The translations under genes were made by a program, and so were the position numbers. The notes under the pieces are model-generated. The model did not search any database. It was not told where the DNA came from and saw only the letters and a program-made list of their open reading frames with translations. From Mizuhopecten yessoensis (taxonomy: Eukaryota): DNA of 64,000 nt. The stretch lies in assembly GCF_002113885.1 (NCBI RefSeq), contig NW_018406970.1, positions 1,734,022 to 1,798,021 on the forward strand. The letters run 5' to 3'. Below are positions 11,478-25,330 of this stretch, piece by piece (the first letter of the stretch is position 1; each line of letters starts with the position of its first letter).

Positions 11478-14322
11478 TTAGATCATACACACAACACAGG
11501 ACAAAACCTTGTTATCTTCGTATGGTGGACATGGAAGGGATCCACACTTCGACCAGACAGCGAACACAGATATCCCTATGTCGTTTCTGCTTCCTCCTCC
11601 GGCGGTCGCTTCAGGATGTTCGTCAGTACACTGGTACTGGGTTGCGGAAGGGTCAGGCGGATAACCAGCTGTAAGGATGCCGCGGTAGGCCTCGGTCCAC
11701 CCCGGATAGCAAATGGTCCGCCCGGGTATCATCGTAATTATTGAGTATGCCGTGTTTCTACATACAGCGCAAGGCACGTCTTCGTCGTAGTTTGGCATTC
11801 CGAAGATAGTTGTGTCTTGATATTCCGCACCGAAGAGATAGGCTTTCCCATGAAGAGGCGTATTCTTGTGTGGACCCCAGATCGGATCCGACGGCATACA
11901 GAGGGCATTGGCGGCTCCTCCTTGGTCATGGTAGTTTGAACCACCAACGTATCCTAAAATTATAACAGAAATAAAGTAAGGTTTTAAATAATTTGAGCAA
12001 ATTTGTAAATGTATATCCCTAGCTTTTAGGATAGTGTTATACAAGCTTTCCATTGATGACGCTTGGTATAGTCATACTTGCCAATATGCATGAGCATCTC
12101 AGATTTGTCATCGTTATCGACCAGAAACGAATTAATAATCAATGTTAGGTAGTTACATTAATTATGTATAAGAGTATCACGTAGGGAACCATTCTTAACC
12201 TAATAATGTCTTTACCAAACTGCTTGAAATCGAACCATACTTATGACGTGCCTCCATGTGTTATGTATGTGTGCATGTGTGTATGTGTGCCAGAGACAGG
12301 GTAAGGCAGTGTAATTAGGGTAATTATGGTAATCACGATGCCCGTCCGTCCGTCAGCACTTTCGACCAAACTTTCTTAAATTTCACCTGGTGATATACTG
12401 TGATGTGCAGATGTGCATTAGGGATTTTAATAATTCCTAGGGTCAAGGTCACTGTTTCTAAAAATAGAATTGGGGATATACTGTCAGAAGAACACAATAT
12501 AAGGCTGTAAAAGAAGGCCAATTTTTCTGAAATTTCTCATGATGATACACTGTAATTATAATGCAGATGTCAAGGTCGCTGTTACCAAAAATAAGGCCCT
12601 TACAGAAGGCCAAATTTTACAATATGGTACATGTGAAATAGGCCTTTAAACAGGTTCGAAGCTCAACGTTGCCGTTACTTTAAAATAGATCAGGGCAAAT
12701 AATGTCAAAATATTATTGTAAATGATCCTTTCTGAACAGTCAATGATCACTTTTGCTTGGTGCTTATTCGGGAGATACACTGTCAGACATACAGCGGGGC
12801 CCTTGCTGACCTGTCAGTATTCTAGTTCTGTAGCGGGTTCCAAAATAGGTCGCTTCTTAGGATACATGGAGTGGGGGAACAGCAGGTGTATACTGTTCTT
12901 GATCTCCGACCTGCAGGGGTGGCCTGGGGACAGAACACATTGCCTTCCTCACATGAGCGAACGCTCAACACTAAAGCAAAAATGAGGCATTGCCAAGCAA
13001 TGCGCTATGAAACAAAAGGTAGTTAGAAGTAGAGAGAAATATGAAGATCCTAAATATTAAAATGAGTGCAGCAGATTTATTTTGGTCGCTTTTGTGTCCC
13101 CAAGTAGAGGGCACAAAAGCAATTCCCTAATGCTGCAAGGGGCTCCCACATTAGCTGCCTCTTACTATCATGCAGTGGATAACAGCTAGCAGGTGTATTC
13201 TTTTCTCGAGCCACGACCTGCAGGGGTGCGGGTTAACGAGGACTGTCACTAATATTGTCAGTTTGTTTACAAGAGACGTAAACGATAATGTAATTAAAAA
13301 CGGTGCTCGGATTTATTTTCAAGCCAGACATCATTAGAATATTGCGCCAATGAATCCCGTTGATTCAGTAAAATTTTCCTCGTTTTAATTTAAAATATAA
13401 TAAACTGAAAATTCAATGGTTTTCCGGTGAAAACCATATAAATATCACCGATATATTCACGTATTCTGCCATGCTCGTGAAATACATATGGTATGCAATT
13501 AGAAAAACATTAGACATCACCGATATCTTGAATGCATACATAAAAACACACAAACGTTTACCATAATAAACGAGTTGTGTGTCACTGTCCTTGGGACAAC
13601 TCTTCCTTCCCCATCTGGTGTACACCACGCCTTTACCACCTAAACAAACACACAAAATCTTTGCATAAACATTGAGTTTGTTAATAAATATATAGTATAT
13701 ATACAACACACTACTTTTTGGGAAATGTGCATAAAATACGATATTAATCATTTACAGTGTACTCTATTCTACGCAGAGGTCAGAAATTAGATATTTCTGC
13801 ACAGTATGCAGAAATCTTTAATGGAGTAAATTGATGTCAATTTAGGATAAATATTTAAAAGCCGATATTTGTGTACCTAAGACTGTCTGACTGTGATCCA
13901 CATTGTGTAAGTGGAATTGTATGATAGAAAACATTGTACTTACTTTCCTGTGCTATGTTCGTAAGGACGGAATGCTGGTTTGAAACGGTTTGTTGAAGGG
14001 TAGAAATCGTCTGCTGTTGACTGCTTATGTTTTGTTGCTGATTGTTAACGGTCTGTTGGAGGGTAGATACGGTCTGTTGCAGAGTGGACACGGTCTGCTG
14101 TTGACTGCCTATGTTTTGTTGCTGATTAGTAACGTTCTGTTGAAGAGAAGACACGGTCTGCTCTTGGTTTCCAGCCTTAACTCGTAGCTCCTGTAGCTCC
14201 GACTGGAGATGGGTGAGTTGCTGGGACACATACGCCGGATCATTTAGCAAAATACGTTTTTCATCGGCGAGAGTTAAGACGAAAAGGCACACAATTCCTG
14301 CAATGACTGTCTGGCCCGCCAT
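11478..14322 (-). CDS. Paralogue B1: secreted coiled-coil + C4-like domain protein, 310 aa
   Basis: Exons 14322-13944 (379 nt), 13639-13562 (78 nt), 11953-11478 (476 nt); GT-AG, phase 1; open 933 nt; same motifs as A1. Confidence 0.9.
12845..13245 (-). mobile_element. Degenerate tRNA-SINE fragments in intron 2 of B1 (also ~23935-24340 in B2)
   Basis: Minus-strand A/B-box-like head GCTTTAGTGTTGAGCGTTCG...GTTCTGTCCCC; body similar to the 8628 SINE. Confidence 0.45.
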
Positions 14323-15250
14323 GATGTCAGTAGTAGTATGAGACGCGCAAACGCAACGCTTCGATCTGGTATCAGTGCAGGAAAACACAGGTGATGTTCT
14401 CTTATCAATTAGGCCTAGTGACATCTCAGTGTTGTGCATTATATATGCAAACATAAGCCAATAGTTATCATTTTATGAATATGGAAAGATAGATGGAGAA
14501 CAAAAGGCCTCTATGACTTACAAGGGACTGGGTTATTATGCAATTACTATGTGTTGTTGTGATCAAACAAAACCTGGTACATAATTATGATCCAAACATA
14601 GGTTTTTGACTGTGGATTCGCTGACAATATGTTTGTTAGTAATTGTCAGAAAAATAATAAAACAATATAATGTAACTTTATAAAGTAATTCAATAATAAA
14701 ATACTAACTCCCTCCTCATGATGGAATAGTAACCTTTTTGACAATAAAGTTAACGATTTCGATAAACACCTTTTACATCCATGAAAAATATAATAGCATA
14801 TGAAATCGGAGTCTGCTGAAGGAGATTGTTTGGACCCGACCATGAGGCCCTAAGTGTAGGTCAGTGTCTTAATTGTCATGTCATCAAATTCCAATCACAT
14901 GTTAATTATTACAACAAAGTTGGATTTATATGCTCCTGAAAGTAAACAAAATACAGTCAAACCTGTATTAAGAGGCCACCCAAGGGACCGGCAGAAATTG
15001 GCCGCTTAAGAAAGGAGGCTGCTAAAACCAGGCTCACCCGAAAATCACAACCAAGTTTTCATACATCCACGGGTTATAATGACATTTTTCCGGCAATATC
15101 GGCTGCTATGTTATTTTGAATTTTTCTCCCTTCATCCACAGGGGTACGATTTCATAAATCCATAATCAATAAAATACAAAGGCGTCTGAGGAACTGGTCA
15201 TATCGTGGAATTGGTATGACTTCGCTGCGTTAAGTTTTAGTGTTTGATGA

Positions 15251-15361
15251 CAGAGGGGCATGGCTCGCTTTACTTGTAATATCAAAAAATAGGGGTCTCC
15301 TCTACTAAGAGGAGATTATTTTTTTTTTAATATTACAAGTAAAGCGATTCATGCCCCTGTG
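15251..15361. mobile_element. 111-bp palindromic MITE with 8-bp TSD (hAT- or P-like)
   Basis: Ends CAGAGGGGCATG / CATGCCCCTGTG with ~40-bp arms; TSD TTTGATGA (15243-15250, 15362-15369); empty site in the paralogous segments at ~2693 and ~26254. Confidence 0.85.
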
Positions 15362-15576
15362 TTTGATGACACGATCCTATTCTGATTGATGACGATTTTA
15401 GTTGAAGGGCTCGTAGGTAGCTGTATCTTCCTACTTAGGGAAAGACAGAACACAATTTTCTCCGCGTAAAATGAGTAATACCATTTAGTGTGCAAGGAAG
15501 CATGCTTTTCGGATAAATACGAACTACAGAACGAAATGACTTTAACGATGTAGCAAGCATTGGCAATTTGGTTTAT

Positions 15577-18500
15577 TCACATCATACAAACAGAACATGA
15601 CAACGTTTTTCCGTCCTCGTACGGGGGACAAGGCAAGGCTCCACATTTTGAATACACGGCATAGAACAGTCTACCGTTATCGTCCGTGTTCCCACCCCTA
15701 ATACCGCCTGTGGGTGCTCGTCTACACACAGGTACTCGGAGGCTGCTGAATGCGTTGGACTTCCCGCGGTCAGGAGACCATGAAAAGCCTCTGTCCATCC
15801 CGGGTAGCACGTGGCTCGGCCGGGAACCATGGTGATGACAGAATGGACTGTGTTCTTGCACACTGCGCATGGCACGTCTTCGTTCAAGTTTGGCATACCA
15901 AACATGCCTGGATCTTCATATTCCGCGCCATAGACATATGTTTGGACACGTGCAGCTTTGTCTTTCCTGGGCCCCACACTGGTTCTGGAGGCATGCACAA
16001 GGTGTCGGCTGCACCGCCGGGGGAAGTATAGTGAGAAACGCCAGCAAACCCTGTCAAAATGATCCGTACCGTATGGAAAAAATATCACCCTTGAATGTAG
16101 CCGTGTCTTCTATTGAAACAATGTAAATACATCGTGGGAAAAGGTTATAACAAATCGCTAAACAAGGTAAAGACCTATGGCGGGGGGCGGGTATCCACAT
16201 CACTCAATAAAGTACGAATTTATTGGGAGGAAAGGTTCATGCGTATCTTTTTAGTGAAAAAAGTTCATACACACCGCTAAACAAGCTACAGAACATTTGA
16301 GGGGGGTGGTGGAGGGAGATGCTTATCGCTAAACAAAATACGGTCATATGGGGGGAAGTTCATGCACATTACTTAACAAGGTACAGGCCATTTGGGAGAA
16401 AAGGTTCATGCACATCGCTAAACAAGACACATACCTATTGGGGGGAAAAGGTTCATGCACATCGCTAAACAATATACATACCTTTTGGGGAAAAGGTTAA
16501 TGCACATCGCTAAATGAGATACATACCTAATGGGGAAAAGGTTCATGCACATCGCTAAACAATAAACATACCTATTGGGGGAAAAGGTTAATGCACATCG
16601 CTAAACAAGATACATACCTATTTGGGGGAAAAGTTTCATGCACATCGCTAAACAAGATGCATACATATTGGGGGAAAAGGTTTATGTACATAGTTAAATA
16701 AGATACAGATCATTTTTGCAAAGGTTCATGCTCATCGCTAAACAAGGTACAGACCTATTTGGGGGAAAAGGTTCATGCACATCGCTAAATGAGATACATA
16801 CCTAATGGGGAAAAGGTTCATGCACATCGCTAAACAATAAACATACCTATTGGGGGAAAAGGTTAATGCACATCGCTAAACAATATAATACCTTTTGGGG
16901 AAAAGGTTCATGCACATCGCTAAAGGAGATACATACCTAATGGGGAAAAGGTTCATGCACATCGCTAAACAATAAACATACCTATTGGGGGAAAAGGTTA
17001 ATGCACATCGCTAAACAAGATACATACCTATTTAGGGGAAAAGGTTCATGCACATCGCTAAACAAGATGCATACATATTGGGGAAAAGGTTTATGCACAT
17101 CGTTAAATAAGATACAGATCATTTTTGCAAAGGTTCATGCTCATCGCTAAACAAGGTATAGACCTATTTGGGGGGAAAAGGTTCATGCACATCGCTAAAC
17201 AAGATACATACATATTGGGGGAAAAGGTTTATGCACATCGCTAAATAAGAAACAGATCATTTTGGGAAAGGTTCATGCTCATCGCTAAACAAGATGTTCA
17301 TCGCTAAGCGAGATACCGATCTATTGGGGAAATATGTTTCTTGCACATCGCTAAACAAGGTACAGACTTATTTGGGAAAATGTTCTTATACATCGCTAAA
17401 CAAGATACATACCTATTGGGGGGATAAGGTTCATGTCTATAGCTAAACAAGATATAGATCATTTTTGGAAAGGTTCATGCTCATCGCTAAATAAGGTACA
17501 GACTTATTTGGGAAAATGTTCTAATACATCGCTAAACAAGGTACAGACCTATTAGGCGGAAAGTAAAGAACATTTGGGAAAAGATTTATGCGCAACGCTA
17601 AGCAAGGTACATACCTATTGGGCGGGAAAAGTTCATGCACATCGCTAAAGAAGGTACAGACCTATTTTTTTGGAGGGGGGGGGGTAAAGGTGGGGTAAAG
17701 GTGGGGTAAAGGTGGGGTAAAGGTTCATGCACATCGCTAAACAAGGTTCAGATCATTTTGGTAAAGGTTCATGCTCATCGCTAAACAAGGTACAGACCAT
17801 TTTGGGAAAAGGTTGATGCACATCGCTTAACAAGAAACATACCTATTGGAAGGAAAAGGTTTATGCACATCGCTAAACAAGGTACATATGTATTGTGCGT
17901 GAAAGGTTCATGCACATCGTTAAACAAAGTACATACCTATTGGAGGGGGGGGGGGAAGGTTCATGCACATCGCTTAACAAGATACATACCTATTGGGGGG
18001 ATAAGGTTCATGCATATCGCTAAACAAGGTACATACCTATTAGGGGGATAAGGTTCATGCACATCGCTAAACTAGATACAGTTCATTTTTGGAAAGGTTC
18101 ATGCTCATCGCTAAACAAGGTACAGACCATTTTGGGAAAGGTTCATGCTCATCGCTAAACAAGATGTTCATCGCTAAGCGAGATAGCGACCTATTGGGGA
18201 AATGGGTTTCTTGCACATCCCTAAACAAGGTACAGACTTATTTGGGAAAACGTTTTAATTCGTCGCTAAACAAGGTACAGACCTATTAGGCGGAAAGTAA
18301 AGAACATTTTTGAAAGGTTCATGCACATCGCTAAACAAGGTACAGATGATTTTCGGAAAAGATTCATGCACATCGCTAAACAAGATATATACCTATAGGA
18401 GGGGGGGGGGCTAAAGGTTCATACACATCACTAAACAAGGTACAGATCATTTTTGGAAAGGTTCATGCTCATCGCTAAACAAGGTACAGATCATTTATGG

Positions 18501-20771
18501 AAAGATTCATGTTCATCGCTAAACAAGATGTTCGTCGCTAAGCAAGATTCCGACCTATTGGGGAAATAGGTTTCTTGCACATCACTAAACAAGGTACAGA
18601 CTATTTGGGAAAATGTTCTAATACATCGCTAAACAAGGTACAGACCTATTGGGTGGAAAGTAAACAACATTTGGGAAAAGGTTTATGCGCATCACTAAGC
18701 AAGGTACATACCATTTTGGGAAAGGTTCATGCTCATCGCTAAACAAGATGTTCATCGCTAAGCGAGATACCGACCTATTGGGGAAATAGGTTTCTTGCAC
18801 ATCGCTAAACAAGGTACAGACTTATTTGGGAAAACGTTCTAATACATCGCTAAACAAGGTACAGACCTATTAGGCGGAAAGTAAAGAACATTTGGGGAAA
18901 AGGTTTATGCGCATCGCTTAGCAAGGTACATACCTATTGGGCGGGAAAAGTTCATGAGCATCGCTTAACAAGGTGCAGATCATTTTGAAAAGGTTCATGC
19001 TCTTCGAAAAAAAAGGTACAGATGATTTTGTGAAAAGGTTCATGCACATCGCGAAACAAGGTACATAACTATTGGGGGAGGGGGGGGGGCAGGTTCATGC
19101 TCATCGCTAAACAAGATACATACATATTGGGGGGGAAAAGGTTCATGCATATCGCTAAACAAGATACATACTTATTGTGGGAAAAGGTTCATGCACATCG
19201 CTAAACAAGGTGCATACATATTGGGGGGAAAAGGTTCATGCATATCGCTAAACAAGGAACAGACCATTTTGGGAAAAGGTTTATACACATCGCTAAACAA
19301 GATACATACATATTGGGGGGAAAAGGTTCATGCATATCGCTAAACAAGATACATACTTATTGTGGGAAAAGGTTCTTGCACATCGCTAAACAAGGTACAG
19401 ACCTATTGGCGGGAAAAAATCATGCACATCGCTAAGCAAGGTACAGACTTATTTGGGAAAATGTTCTAATACATCGCTAAACAGAGTACAGACCTATTGG
19501 GTGGAAAGTAAAGAACATTTGGGGAAAGGGTTTATGCGCATCACTAAGCAAGGTACATACGTATTGGTCGAGAAAATCTTCATGTACATCGCAGACATGG
19601 TAGAGCTCATCAGAAAACAAGGTAAATAATGGAAGCAAAGTACAAGAAATTTATTGATTCTGTATATACGGACATATACAGACAATATCGCATAATCTGG
19701 GGATTTGCTGTGATATTGAACTGAAGGGTTTTAATTATTAATTTTTAATTAACTTCTCACTCGACTGTTCTGTTTTTACCAGAGTAAACGAGCTGTGTGT
19801 CAAGGCAGTCCTTCCTTCCCCATCTGGTTTACACCACGCCTTTACCACCTGTAGCACGCAAACAGACAGAAAGTTTACATAAAAATTGAGGGAAGGCAAT
19901 TCCGGATCTAAATCATGTTAACTGTCTTTTTAACAACCTGCACGTGCTTTCTCTAAATAATTGTGTGTTTTTGTTCATGTAAGTATCCACAAATCATTAT
20001 ATATGCACATATACGCTATATTGGAATATACAGAAATAATTAAACACCTTGTAAGATCTGATTGTGAGCCATTGTTAGTTTTAGAGAGAGAGACAGACAG
20101 ACAGAGAGATGTTGATCGGTGAACGTTTTTAAAAGCACAGCAGTGGAACATTTGACATTAATAACTCATGAATGTTATGTTGTATTCTTAACTCTGAACG
20201 GAAATTTAGATTTGAACTTTATAAGAATTCATTTTGAATCGTTCAAGAAGTATTGATAATGCAATGTTATTGTTCATTCACGATACAAATTATGTTGTCC
20301 TGTGTCTATGATATATACTACGATGAAGAACTGTCAAGTTTAAACCAATGAAGTATAATTGGAATAAAAGTGGAATTGTGTAAGAGTCGGATACCAAATG
20401 CACTTGGTTCCTGTTGGGTTACACAATGTATTTACATTCCTGTGCCATTTTCATGATAACGGACTGTTGATTGGTGACGGTCTGTTGTAGGGTGGACATT
20501 GCCTGCTGTTGACTGGACATTGCCTGCTGTTGATCGCTTAATTTTGTTGCTGATTAGTAACGGTTTGTTGGAGGGTAGATACGGTCTGTTGAAGAGTGGT
20601 CACGGTCTGCTCTTGGTTTCCAGCCTTGACTCGTAGCTCCTGTAGCTCCGACTGTAGATGGTCGAGTTGCTGGGACACATACGCGGGGTCATTCAGCAAA
20701 ATACGTTTTTCGGCGGCGAGAGTTAAGACGAAAAGGCACACAATTCCTGCAATGACTGTCCGGCCCGCCAT
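15577..20771 (-). pseudogene. Paralogue A2, pseudogene
   Basis: Exon 1 (20771-20436) has a 1-bp deletion creating TAA at 20540-20538. Exon 2 (19848-19780, 69 nt) has TAC>TAA and a 9-bp deletion. Exon 3 (16050-15577) has two 1-bp deletions in G runs (near 15973 and 15696). Splice sites are retained. Confidence 0.88.
16140..19620. repeat. Same ~45-bp minisatellite in intron 2 of A2
   Basis: Same unit, ~3.5 kb, with higher-order duplicated blocks. Confidence 0.95.
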
Positions 20772-22232
20772 AATATCAGTAGCTGTATGAGAGTAAACGC
20801 CACGCTACGATCTGTTATCAACGAAGGAAAAAAGCAGGTGCTGTTCTCTTACCAATTAGCCCTAAACAAGGCTACTTACATCGCTTTTGGAGTATACAGA
20901 AATAATAAAACACCATACATGATCTGATCTTGATCCATCGTACGCCTCAAGTAGAAGCTTGATTAAATTCCGGTGGATACATATTGAGACAAGTCAATGG
21001 GTGATGACGTTTGATGGGGCAGTTCTATTATAAATGGTTACAATCTCGGTACACAATGTTCACACCTTGGAACTTGTTATTTATTGGGGGATTTAAAAAG
21101 TGAACTTTAGATTCACCTTACAATTACTTGTGCCATTTACCAACTAATGACCATTTACGGATCTTTCATGAACAGAATGGAGGTAAGACAACATCATAAA
21201 TATGTCTCACCGTCTGTTATAGCCAAATGATCGTAATACAAGGATGCGTGTAACGTTTAAAATGAAATAATAAATATTTCTGAAATTAATGTAAATCACT
21301 ATCGATCGAAGGATCAACCATCGACCACGTGATCTTTATGTTGACCAAAATATGAATGATGTAAACCATATTAGATATTTGTTTTTTTGACCAAAAACAT
21401 ATGTCTCCTCTAGGAGTGGGACGACTTGTTCGCCCGTTGTCAGTATAACGTGACCGGGTGGGGTGTCCGGCTGTGTGTCTTCGGCAGTATGTTTCAGTGA
21501 GGTAGCACTATAAAGTCGGCATTAGTTCCGCGCTATCACAAGGAGACAAACACGAACATATCTCAGACTCCCAAAACATACACGCATACACTACTCGCAT
21601 GCATCTTGCACACGGGGGTGGCCGTCCTTAAATGACCATAGCTGTTGATAGGACATTAAACAATACTAAACCAAACCAAACCATATTAGCAAATATTATT
21701 TCCCTTCCCTTGCAAAATAAAAATGCGCTTATTAAGTCAAGTAACCATGCATATACAATTTTTCTAAAATACATAAAGGGTGCAATTTAAAAGTTATGAC
21801 ATGGAAGGTGACAAAACCCTAACAGTTTAAAACTTATATTTTAGCAGTACTTTGACCTTTGACCTTGAAGTCAAGGTCGAAGCGGCCTAATGATAGTTCT
21901 CTGCACATTGTCTTTGGATGATACAGGTTATCTGCAAGTTTCATCAGGATACCTCGAACGATTTAAAAGTTACGCCCCGGACAAGAAATTATAAAAAGAA
22001 ACAGAACAAGAAGAAGATCCAGTACTAACACAGTATGTCTCTCTTCATTCCTCATGCCGAATCGGTGGTGATTCCTTCCTTGTCTTCTATTCAGGAGACA
22101 TAACAGAAATCAAGAATATACCTGCTGTATCCCACTGGATGCGTTTCGTAAAAGGCGACTAATGTTGGGGGAAGGGCCCTGCAGAATCGTTTCCTGTCTT
22201 CTTTCTTTTCTGTCTACTTTCTGTTCCAGGGG

Positions 22233-22644
22233 GTGTCTCCCTAGGCACCCGTCCTCATATGACCCTAGCTGTTGTGGCTCCCTAAGCACCCGACCTTATA
22301 TGACACTGGCTGTTGTGTCTCCCTAGGTACCCGTCCTCATATGACCCTGGCGGCTGTGTCTCCCTAGGTACCCGTCCTCATATGACCCTGGCTGTTGTGT
22401 CTCCCTAGGCACCCGTCCTTATATGACCCTGGCTGTTGTGTCTCCCTTGGCACCCATCCTCATATGACCCTGCCTGTTGTGTTTTCCTAGGTACCCGTCC
22501 TCATATAACCCTGGCTGTTGTGTCTCCCTAGGCACCAATCCTCATATGACCCTGGCTGTTGTGTCTCCCTAGACACCCGTCCTCATATGACCCTGGCTGT
22601 TGTGTCTCCCTAGGCACCCGTCCTCATATGACCTTGGCTGTTGC
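22233..22644. repeat. Paralogous 41-bp minisatellite (~10 units)
   Basis: Same unit and flanks as 8830-11397. Confidence 0.95.
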
Positions 22645-22722
22645 TAGGACGTTAAAACTCAAATAAACAAACAAACACATTATTTGAAAGAGAGAAATAA
22701 ATAGTGATGAGCAATATTTATT

Positions 22723-25330
22723 TTAGATCATACACACAACACAGGACAAAGCCTTGTTATCTTCGTATGGTGGACATGCAAGGGATCCACACTTCGACCA
22801 GACAGCGAACACTGATATCCCTGGGTCGTTTCTGCTTCCTCCTCCTGCGGTCGCTTCAGGGTGTTCGTCCGTACACTGGTACTGGGTTGCGGAAGGGTCA
22901 GCCGGATAACCAGCTGTAAGGATGCCGCGGTAGGCCTCGGTCCATCCCGGATAGCAAATGTTCCGCCCGGGTATCATCGTGATTATTGAGTATGCCGTGT
23001 TTCTACATACAGCGCAAGGCACGTCTTCGTCGAGGTTTGGCATTCCGAAAATAGTTGTGTCTGCATATTCCGCACCGAAGAGATAGGCTTGCGTCCGAAG
23101 ATGCGTATTCTTGTATGGACCCCAGATCGGATCCGACGGCATACAGAGGGCATTGGCGGCTCCTCCTTGGTCATGGTAGTTTGAACCACCAACGTATCCT
23201 AAAATTATAACAGAAATAAAGTAAGGTTTAAAACAATTTGAGCAAATTTGTAAATGTTTATCCCTAGCTTTTAGGATATTGTTATACTAGCTTTCCATTG
23301 ATTACGCTTGGTGTAGTCATATTTAGCTTTCAAACTTGCTAATATGCATGAGCATCTCATATTTGTCATCGTTATTGACCAGAAACGAATTAATAAATCA
23401 AAGTTAGGTGGTTACATTAATTATGTATAAAAGTATCACATAGGGAACATTTTAATGTGTACCCCGCAAAATGCGGGTGCCCTATAGTAATCACGGTGTC
23501 CGTCCGGCCGTCTGTCCGTCAGCACTTTCGTTTCCGGAGATTTTCACATGATTCAGATGGCTAAAATTTCTTAAATTTCATACGGTGATACACTGTGATG
23601 TGCAGAAGTGCAATGGGGGTTTAAAAAGTTCCTAGGAACAAGGTCACTGTTACTTAAAATAGAATTGGGAATATGCAGTCATAAAGACATCAGAAAAGGG
23701 GCCTTACAGAAGGCCAAACTTTCTGAAATTTCTCATGATGATACACTGTAATTATATGCAGATGTGCAATAGTTGTTTAAAAATAGATCAGGGCAAATAC
23801 TGTCAAAATGTTATTGTAAATGATCCTTTCTGAACAGTCAATGATCATTTTTGCTTTTGCTTGGTGCTTATTCGGGAGATACACTGTCAGGCATACAGCG
23901 GGGCCCTTGCTGACCTGTCAGTATTCTAGTTCTCCAAAATAGGGCGCTTCTTAGGATACATGCAGTGGGAGAACAGCAGGTGTATACTGTTCTTGATCTC
24001 CGACCTGCAGCGGTGGCCTGGGGACAGAACCCATTGCCTTCCTCGCCTGAGCGAACGCTCAACACTAAAGCCAAAAATGAGGCATTGCCAAGCAATGCGC
24101 TATGAAACAAAAGGTAGTAAGAAGTAGAGAGAAATATGAACATCCAAAATATTGCAATGGGTGCAGCAGATTTATTTTGGTCGCATTTGTGTCCCCGAGT
24201 AGAGGGCACAAAAGCAATTCCCCAATGCTGCAGGGGGCTCCCACATAAACTGCCTTTTATTATCATGCAGTGGATAACAGCTAGCAGGTGTTTTCTTTTC
24301 TCGAGGCCCGACCTGCAGGGGTGCGGGTTAACGAGGACTGTCACTAAAATTGTCATTTGTTTACAAGAGACGTAAACGAAAATGTAATTAAAAACGGTGT
24401 TCAGATTTATTTTTAAGCCAGACGTCATTAGAATATTGCGCCAATGAATCCCGTTGATTCAGTAAATTTTTCCTCGTTTCAATTTAGAATATAATAAACA
24501 GAAAATTCAATGGTTTTCCGGTGAAAACCATATATATTTCACCGATATTTTCACGTATTCTGCCATGCTCGTGAAATACATATGGTATGCAATTAGAAAA
24601 ACATTAGAAGTCACCTATATCTTGAATGCATACATAAAACCTCAAACGTTTACCATAATAAACGAGTTGTGTGTCACTGTTCTTGGGACAGCTCTTCCTT
24701 CCCCATCTGGTGTACACCACGCCTTTACCACCTGAACAAACACACAAAATATTTGCATAAACATTGAGTATACAACTCTCTACTTTTTGGGAAATGTGCA
24801 CAAAATACGATATTAATCATTTACAGTGTACTCTATTCTACGCAGAGGTCAGAAATTAGATATTTCTGCACAGTATGCAGAAATCTTTAATGGAGTAAAT
24901 TTATGTCAATTTAGAATAAATACTTAAAGCCGATATTTGTGTACCTTAGACTGTCTGACTGTGATCCACATTGTGTTAGTGGAATTGTATGATAGTCAGA
25001 GACATTGTACTTACTTTCCTGTGGTATGTTCGTAAGGACGGAATGCTGGTTTGAAACGGTTTGTTCAAGGGTAGAAATCGTCTGCTGTTGACTGCTTATG
25101 TTTTGTTGCTGATTGTTAACGGTCTGTTGGAGGGTAGATACGGTCAGTTGAAAAGTGGACACGGTCTGCTCTTGGTTCTCAGCCTTGACTCGTAGCTCCT
25201 GTAGCTCCGACTGGAGATGGGTGAGTTGCTGGGACACATACGCGGGGTCATTCAGCAAAATACGTTTTTCGGAGGCGAGAGTTAAGACGAAAAGGCACAC
25301 AATTCCTGCAATGACTGTCTGGCCCGCCAT
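22723..25330 (-). CDS. Paralogue B2: secreted coiled-coil + C4-like domain protein, 289 aa
   Basis: Exons 25330-25015 (316 nt), 24731-24654 (78 nt), 23198-22723 (476 nt); GT-AG; open 870 nt. Confidence 0.9.
23451..23931. mobile_element. Short HINE-like insertion in intron 2 of B2 (homologous, 5'-eroded copy at ~12320-12828 in B1)
   Basis: ACCCCGCAAAATGCGGGTG hairpin, CGTC/GTCC microsatellite, end GGGGCCCTTGCTGACCTGTCAGTATTCTAGTT; present in both B introns. Confidence 0.55.

Noticed and set aside
11954-12053. N-terminal extensions of exon ORFs (also 14323-14454, 26938-26983, 39909-40074)
   Set aside because: Intronic or upstream read-through beyond conserved splice acceptors or the conserved ATG; not conserved among paralogues.
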